DNA of 64,000 nt from Macrostomum hystrix (Eukaryota > Animalia > Platyhelminthes), in contig CATNEN010000001.1 in the NCBI GenBank assembly GCA_950097015.1, positions 14,384,001 through 14,448,000 on the forward strand, in the 5' to 3' direction. Positions 56,025-64,000 of the stretch are shown piece by piece. How positions within the stretch are numbered: position 1 is the first letter of the stretch; every line of letters starts with the position of its first letter. The notes under the pieces were generated by a model. That model had not been told where the DNA came from, did no database searches, and saw nothing but the letters and a program-made list of their open reading frames with translations. The position numbers were made by a program, and so were the translations under genes.

Positions 56025-59000
56025 CGTGAACTACCGCGGCCTGGAGCGCGCTTCAGAGACGATTTGGTTTGGCAGCTCGCCTGGCGACGTGCCCAACCTG
56101 CCACTGGACCGACTAGACACCCACATATTCGCTTCCTACACTGGACCTGACGACGGCCTAGTAACTGGCTGTGTCACGGGACCGGAGGCCGCGGTTGAAT
56201 TGCCAGCTAAGAAGACTGGATTCAATAGAGGTTAGACCCTAGATTGAATGGAGAATCGAAATGATTTCAATAGAAATTTCCAACCCAGCTATCTATTTCC
56301 TGAGGTCCCTGAGCTCGATTCCGTCGCGAGGCCACATTCATTTGGGGCGCAGCTGCGGAGAGAAGGCTTGGGGGCTTGTCGTGAAATTTACGCCCTTGAG
56401 GGCCAACCTCAAAGGAACAATGAAAGTGTACACCGTCTGACGATGAGAAAGTCAGGACAGATGTGCACACCTGTGTGATCGTGTGCCTGAGTACAGTATC
56501 TGTGTGCGTGTGTGCTCAGGAGTCAGCGAAATGGGCAGAATTGCCTCCTCGCTGGCTGCGGGTCTAGTGTCACCAAATGAAATGATTCGCGATTGCCCGC
56601 AGCCCTCCTAAAACAATTATCAGCTTAAGCTAAAAATTATTTCGCAAATCTACGAGTCTAAAATATTTATCTTTGCTGATTGTAAATTCAAAACTATTTA
56701 ACAAAATGTCTCGCATGTAATTTTCGTGGATTTTTTCGATAGAATTTTCTTCTTGGAAATTATTGCGCTGATCGCGCTGAATTCCAAGATCAGTCAGAGT
56801 GAGCTAGTGAGGCTCTGTATACTGTCTGCTCACTTTTGAGTTCTATTTTTCTGCTTTCCTTCTCCTTTTCTCTCCTTATCCCCAAATGCCACCCAATATC
56901 CTCTCTGGCTTTAATTCTGTAATGTACACCGACTTGCATTTTTGTGGCTTAGTTTAGCTTAGAATAGTTTAGCACTGTGTCTTCCCCGGATCAAATCAAT
57001 TGATTAATCTGCCCAACCCTGCACTCTCCTATTCTCTCATTGCCCTATTCTTTGAGTAGATTATTTAGTTTATTTTATTGCACCGCATGTACTTATAACT
57101 GCATTTGGGAAGTTAATTTAATTGTAGTGAAGTCCACTCTAACAGTGTGTGAGACTACGTGGAACCACCCCATATTTGTATGGTACAGCGGACCTGCATA
57201 GGCTATGGAATAAGCGAGCATCCTCGAGACTATTCTATACGAGAATCGTTGATGTTTTCTGATTCTGGAAGTTGTTTCATCAGTTAGAACGGAAATAGTT
57301 AGCTAGTGTTCTGGATTTTCATGGCAATTGGTTGACTATTTTGGGAGATAAAGAAAAAAGTAAAAAGTGGATATTTGAAATCTTCCTTTGTGGTCTTCCT
57401 ACAGTAAACGGGTTTTGTTTTAACTACGAACAATGAAGGGCTTTTTGTTTGATTGGATATGATGTGTTTTGTTTGAATTGCTAGTAGATTTGATTTCATC
57501 AGACCACCCTAGTAGCAATGGGACTTTACTTAGCTTAAGATGGTGAAGGGAATGACTGGGAAGGATTCTGAATGATTATGCTGATTATGAAATTGCTTTT
57601 AGGATTACAATCCTTTTTGAATTGCTGCTTGCCTTTAGCAGTTAGGGAGATGGGAGGGAAGGTGGGAGGGAAGGAGATGGGAGGGAAGGAGATGGGAGTG
57701 AAGGAGATGGGAGGGAAGGAGATGGGAGTGAAGGAGATGGGAGGGAAGGAGATGGGAGTGAAGGAGATGGGAGGGAAGGAGATGGGAGTGAAGGAGATGG
57801 AAGGGAAGGAGATGGGAGGGAAGGAGATGGGAGTGAAGGAGATGGGAGGGAAGGAGATGGGAGGGAAGGAGATGGGAGTGAAGGAGATCGGAGGGAAGGA
57901 GATGGGAGTGAAGGAGATGGGAGGGCAGAAGGTGGGAGAGAAGGAGATGGGAGTGAAGGAGATGGGAGGGCCAAAGGTGGGAGAGAAGGAGATGGGAGGG
58001 AAGGAGATGGGAGTGAAGGAGATGGGAGGGAAGGAGATGGGAGTGAAGGAGATGGGAGGGAAGGAGATGGGAGTGAAGGAGATGGGAGGGCAGAAGGTGG
58101 GAGAGAAGGAGATGGGAGGGCAGAAGGTGGGAGTGAAGGAGATGGGAGGGCAGAAGGTGGGAGACGGATGTCACAGTTTAGGGCGGGTATTGGGCAGTCT
58201 TCTCCAATCCCCTGGCCCCTATAGCGCAGTTGCAAAGCTACAGAAAATGCGGCCTTGCCCGACAAAGGCGGCACGGGTGGGGCCGCACAGGCAAGATGAA
58301 ATAATTAGGCAATGGCTGGGCTATCATCCTCGCAGTGATTATAGGCTGCGGGCATTATTATTGAGAGCGAGAGGCGGCAGAGGGCATTCATTGCCCTAGA
58401 GTGTAGCTCTTAGCTGTAGGGCCGTGTTCTCAGGCCGAAAGGGAATTATGCACTCGCTTCCCTTCAGCATCTTTCCGGGAGAAGCGAAAAAGGAGAGAAA
58501 TAATATTCTTGAACAATTGCGCATGAGTTTGCATTACATTTTCTATCGCAGAAGCACAGAAACTATAGTCCTTTGTAATTCTCACAAAGCCATCCCCTGC
58601 CTACGCAGGGAATTTGCACTTTAGATCCCCGCTGAGCAGGAATGGCCGAGGCTCTGCAGAGACCCGTGCTCAAACCAGTCTCCTCTCCTCCAACTCGGGA
58701 ATGCTCGCTTCCGCTGAAAGGGCCCTCAGCTCCCGATTCGAACTAATAATGCAGCTGCAGGCCAGGCTTCAACTCTGCTGACTCATTTCCTTAGCGACCA
58801 CTTTTGTGCGGTCTTTAGTGCCAACGAATCTTGCCAGCTTTTCCTGTTCTTCTCTCACTTCCCACCCACCTTCCAGGCATTTCTTCCTCTCTGAACTGGA
58901 AAACTAAAAAATCACCCCGAGCCTAGTCCCAATCCATCAGTCTCTAAGACTCTTAACTCAAATTCTAATTCACTGAATTCCCACCTCCTTGCCTCCCATC

Positions 59001-62000
59001 TCCTTTACTCCCATCTCCTTCCCTCCCATCTCCTTCCCTCCCATCTCCTTCACTCCCATCTCCTTCCCTCCCATCTCCTTCCCTCCCATCTCCTTCACTC
59101 CCATCTCCTTCCCTCCCATCTCCTTCCCTCCCATCTCCTTCCCTCCCATCTCCTTCCCTCCCATCTCCTTCACTCCCATCTCCTTCACTCCCATCTCCTT
59201 CCTCCCATCTCCTTCCCTTCCATCTCCTTCACTCCCATCTCCTTCCCTCCCATCTCCTTCCCTCCCATCTCCTTCCCTCCCATCTCCTTCCCTCACATCT
59301 CCTTCCCTCCCATCTCCTTCCCTCCCATCTCCTTCCCTCCCATCTCCTTCCCTCCCATCTCCTTCACTCCCATCTCCTTTACTCCCATCTCCTTCACTCC
59401 CATCTCCTTCACTCCCATCTCCTTCACTCCCATCTCCTTCCCTCCCATCTCCTTCCCTCCCATCTCCTTCCCTCCCATCTCCTTCCCTCCCATCTCCTTC
59501 ACTCCCATCTCCTTTACTCCCATCTCCTTCACTCCCATCTCCTTCACTCCCATCTCCTTCACTCCCATCTCCTTCCCTCCCATCTCCTTCCCTCCCATCT
59601 CCTTCCCTCCCATCTCCTTCCCTCCCATCTCCTTCACTCCCATCTCCTTCCCTCCCATCTCCTTCCCTCCCATCTCCTTCCCTCCCATCTCCTTCCCTCC
59701 CATCTCCTTCCCTCCCATCTCCTTCACTCCCATCTCCTTCCCTCCCATCTCCTTCCCTCCCATCTCCTTCACTCCCATCTCCTTCCCTCCCATCTCCTTC
59801 ATTCCCATCTCCTTCCCTCCCATCTCCTTCCCTCCCATCTCCTTCACTCCCATCTCCTTCACTCCCATCTCCTTTCCTCCCATCTCCTTCCCTCCCATCT
59901 CCTTCCCTCCCATCTCCTTCCCTCCCATCTCCTTCCCTCCCATCTCCTTTCCCTCTTATCCCCTCCGATTAGTCAGGCTTCCCCAATCCCCATACCGTCT
60001 TTGCCAGCAAGGTCTTCTCGCTAAATCTAAGCTTTGCGAAGATCAGTTTTCTTTGACTCAGCAAACATTGAGCAGCAGTTCTCCGCCAAGGTGTTCTCAA
60101 ATTGCACCAGCAGCCTCCAGAATTGTCTTTTGATCATCGCTTAGCCAGCAAAAACGTGTGTTTCTCATGTAAATTTGCCGAATATTTTAATCCTCAAGCA
60201 TCTGTAGCTCTACTGACTCTGCTTTATAGATTCTTCAAGCAATTTTTTTTCGGCTTCACATCTTTCTTACCCGTTTTCTTCCTCGCTTGCCGCTGTTGCT
60301 TTGACAAGATTTGATGAGATTGCATTTTATTCTGAGAGCATAGAACACGCTTCACCTATATTATCTTCTACTTTCGAGCTTTCCAATTACACTTCAACGT
60401 TTCTCATTGCGTGCCAACTGTCGCGTTTGAGAAATTCAATTTCAAATTTCTTCCCCACTTTAAATTTCCTGTGTGCGTGTCTGGCGATGCGTTTTTCAAT
60501 GCGTTGTTTTCAAACACTTGGCCACATTTGGAACTAAACAGTTTATTGCTGTGCTGTTGGCCTCTGATAAAACAATTGCGGATGGAGTTCAGTTGATAAG
60601 ACAGGTAGAGTTCAGTAGATAAGACAGGTAGATTTCAGTAGATAAGACAGGTAGAGTTCAGTAGATCAGACAGGTAGAGTTCAGTAGATAAGACAGGTAG
60701 AGTTCAGTAGATAAGACAGGTAGAGTTCAGTAGATAAGACAGGTAGAGTTCAGTAGGTAGGCAGGTAGGGTTCAGTAGATAAGGCAGGTAGAGCTCAGTA
60801 GATAAGACAGGTAGGGTTAATTACCTGTCGCCTCATATCGCAGAGTCGATCATGGCCCTGCTGGAGCGAGACAAGCCCCCAGGAGTTGCGGGGTGTGCTG
60901 ATTGGACGAAACACAATGCCAAAGCCTATGGCGCCTCAACCTCGCTCTACGACCAAAACCCGCTGACGAAACGCTTCACCGGAGATCCCATAGCCGACTC
61001 GTTTGCCGTTGTAGCTCGCCGCAACTCGGGTCTCCTCGCCTTGGCTGACGGAGTCAACTGGGGCGAGAAAAGCCGATTGGCTGCCAGGGCGGCTCTGCAC
61101 GGCGCGGTGCGACACGTCAATCGCTACCTAGCTCTGGGTGACGCCCTGCCCGATACTCGCAAAGCGATGGCTGTTCTGCTGGAGGCATTCGCTGCTGGTC
61201 ACGCCAACATCTTGCGGATAGGTCAGGAGTTGTGTCTAACATGTTTTGAATGTGTATAACATGTTCAGATTGTGTCTAACATGCTCAGTTGTGTCTAACA
61301 TGTTCAGATTGTGTCTAACATGCTCAGTTGTGTCTAACATGTTCAGATTGTGTCTAACATGTTTAGAATGTGTCTAACATGTTCAGTTGTGTCTAACATA
61401 TTCTGATTGTGTCTAACATGTTCAGATTGTGTCTAACATGTTCAGATTCTGTCTAACATGTTCGCGCACCTGCACCAAACCAGGTGGCGGCCTGACCACT
61501 CTGAGTCTCGCCCTCGCCCTGCCGCTCGCCGGTGCCGAACGCTCGCCCCAGTTTGCCGTTGTTTGCGTCAGCCTCGGCGACTCCCTCGTCTACCTGTGGT
61601 CCAAGACTCGCGGCCTGCGCGAGCTGACGGTCGGGTCACACGACCTCTGCAAGCCGCGCGACATGCGCGACGCTGGCGGAGCTCTGGGCCCGGTGCACGG
61701 TGGCAAGGAGCCCGAGCTGCACAACCTCACCTGCTCGCTGAGCATCTGCGATCCGGGCGACATTCTCTACCTGACTAGCGACGGCGTCTCCGACAACTTC
61801 GATCCGGTGGTGCAGCGGCTGGCGGTGCCATGGGACCCGGTGCTGCACTGCCAGGCCTCTGAGAGAGAGCCGCAGGAGCGACCTGCGATGAGACCTTCAG
61901 AGCGGCACCAGTACGGCCTGAAGCTCATGGAGCGAGTTCTGCTCGAACACGAGCTCGATTTGAACGCGGTGCCGAACGCTCGTCAGGTTTGCGACGCCCT

Positions 62001-62448
62001 GCTCGCCTCGGTGAGGGACACGACGCAGCCGCGGCGCAACCTGATGGAAGATCCGACCCGGCGAGTGCGGGACGCAGGCCGGCGGGCCAGCCTGGCGGAG
62101 AGGCTGGCGACCCTGCCGGGCAAGCTGGATCACGCCAGCGTGGTCGCCTACGAAGTTGGCGTCTATCGTGGCGACGAGAACGAGCTGTACGAAGAGACGG
62201 CCGCGCTGCGACCGGCCCTGCGTCGAGAGTCCGCCAGAGCTCGGGCCAGCGACCTAGACTCCGGCTGCGCGTCGGATCCCGACTGCTGGGCCGTTGGCTC
62301 CGCAGCTCCGGGCACGTCGGCGGCTGCCGACGGAGGTCCGCGTTCTGCCAGTCATTCGTCGGAGCGCCGGTGCAGCTGCTCCTACGCACCCGACTCACTG
62401 TCAGACATTGAATACGCCGACACAGACTCTGACTGTGTGATGGAGTGA
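56025..62448 (+). CDS. PP2C-like domain-containing protein (CG9801-like), first exon not identified
   Basis: Exons 56025-56230, 60844-61221, 61484-62448 join in phase 1; [58 protein letters not shown]. Confidence 0.85.
56302..56620 (+). mobile_element. SINE copy, 5'-truncated
   Basis: GTCCCTGAGCTCGATTCC..GGGTCTAGTGTCACC..GCAGCCCT. Confidence 0.85.
57646..58163 (+). repeat. 15-bp minisatellite (GGAGATGGGAG[G/T]GAA)n
   Basis: Direct inspection. Confidence 0.95.
58978..59950 (-). repeat. Same 15-bp minisatellite in inverted orientation
   Basis: (CCCTCCCATCTCCTT)n is the reverse complement of the 57646-58163 unit. Confidence 0.95.
60585..60815. repeat. 23-bp tandem repeat (GATAAGACAGGTAGAGTTCAGTA)n
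   Basis: Direct inspection, ~10 units just before an acceptor site. Confidence 0.9.
61231..61462. repeat. 19-20-bp tandem repeat (TGTGTCTAACATGTTCAGAT)n filling an intron
   Basis: Direct inspection. Confidence 0.9.
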
Positions 62449-63386
62449 ATTCGGCCCGAAAAAAATCGGATTTGAGACTGCAGCATCCTCGTGTTCTGTA
62501 GCTACTTTTAAAGAAAATGTTTCTTAAACATTCGCAATTTTCTCAGCATCCTACTAGCGCCATCGTTTCTCAGTAGTGCAGTAAGTGCGCGTGTGCTATT
62601 TTTTGTGCTATTTTTTTCTTCTGTAGACGCTTGTTCAATTGTCGCTATTTTTTGTCTAGGCTTATTTCTGACAGCTTTTTATAGATTTTTGAAATAAAAA
62701 AACTGGCTAGTAATTGTTCAACGTTGTCCGCTTCTTGGTGCTGATTGTCAACTTGTCATTGGCATGACCGCTTGTATGAGCCTCTCGTATCTAAGAGCTT
62801 CACCAAGCTACACGCAGAGACGAAAACAGTTCACACTATAAATATAGTATTTATTTTAAGATTTTGGCTTTGTAAATAAAAATTTTTGCTTTTTATGTAC
62901 TTTTTGTGTCCCTTCTGAGCATTGCGGTGTACTGACACCATATTGTTCTAAAAATTGTGTTTAAAATTGCTGTTCTCTCACGGTATTGTCTAGTCCATCA
63001 TCAGTTTTTTTGTGATCGAGAATCACACATTTCTAAATTTACATTCATTCTTTTTTACCTTGTAGCTGCTGGCTTTTATGCTGTGTAATCAGAACACTGA
63101 TATTATGGATTTGTCTGATGTAACCTTTTTCAGTTGATTGTGTCCTCATTTTAAAGAATCTTAAAGCCTTGTTTTTTGTTAAGTACGCCCGTACTCAAAG
63201 AATTTAGTGGTTTAAATACAAACTTTGCCACAAAAATGGTTTGTTTACTTCTGAAGAAATTCTTGTCGTGAAGAAAAACAAAAATTCACCGATATTTTTT
63301 GTTGCTTTTATTTCGTTGCTTTCAAACTTGACCGCCTCGCGCCTCGCTTTCCGGAAATTCTATTATAGGTACTTTTAGGAGACTTC

Positions 63387-63560
63387 GAGAGTGGCGGAGC
63401 GGACGTCCCTGAGCTCGAATCCGCGGCGAAGCCACATTTATTCCACAATGTCCGCGGCTAGGGCCCCTTAAGGGTGTACACTTGCCTGACAATGAGAAAT
63501 GCAGGGCAGATGTATGCACCCTGTGTGAGTAGGGGCTCGGGATTCAGCAGAACGGGTATG
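63387..63560 (+). mobile_element. Degenerate SINE copy
   Basis: GAGTGGCGGAGCGG..GTCCCTGAGCTCGAATCCGCGGCG..CTGACAATGAGAAATGCAGGGCAG. Confidence 0.7.
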
Positions 63561-64000
63561 AAATGGCGAAAAAGAAACCATCTTCCGTGATGGTAAAAAA
63601 ATAAAAAAAAAGTTGTGATTTGAAATGCCCCTATAGTCTTCCTATTGCTTGTTGTTAAAGCGAGAACTTTCAACAACACTGTGTGCTGTCTTGATATTAT
63701 TGCAGTGTCAGAAGGCGCGCCTCGAGACGCCACGTCGGCTAATATGTTGATTAGACAGCCGTTGTGGTCGCTGGCGACCCATTCGTCCAGTTCCCGCGTG
63801 TCCCGCGTCAACTAGACGCTCCAGGGTCTCTGTCAGCGTCCAGCGTCTGGAGCACCTCGGAGATCCGCGGACTGCAGTAGAGCACTCACGAAATTTCATA
63901 AGCCCAAACAATTTCGACTAAGCTTATTGTTGTCTAATTTGTTATTTGATTTCTGACCTTTAAGTTGTCAGCTAACGATGTCGACGTTAAGTCGAGACAA

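Noticed and set aside
57572-59972. GGKEM / PSPSL repeat proteins
   Set aside because: Translations of the 15-bp minisatellite

Overview
Eukaryotic (invertebrate animal) genomic DNA with GT-AG introns, SINEs and minisatellites; the style suggests a free-living flatworm such as Macrostomum (inference only). Host genes: a 5'-incomplete ankyrin-repeat/TRPM-like channel; a mirror-image cluster of intronless DEG/ENaC genes (3 intact, 1 pseudogene) alternating with secreted PAN/Apple + ALK/LTK-type glycine-rich genes (1 intact, 2 decayed); a two-exon 2-TM orphan gene; two caveolins; a PP2C-like domain gene. Mobile DNA: a young full-length Gypsy LTR element, two RNase H LINE fragments, about 11 copies of a tRNA-derived SINE. 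The most striking feature (17.27-20.73 kb) is two divergent tyrosine-recombinase (Crypton/DUF3504-like) cassettes in tandem, 8 bp apart. Each has the layout [~95-100 nt GAA-triloop hairpin]-6 bp-[IR]-YR-[IR]. The internal hairpin/IR junction is therefore the reverse complement of the joined element ends, like a DIRS internal complementary region but with no RT. This suggests a folded-ssDNA, integron/CTX-like recombination mechanism and site-specific array building. All alignments and counts were done by eye.
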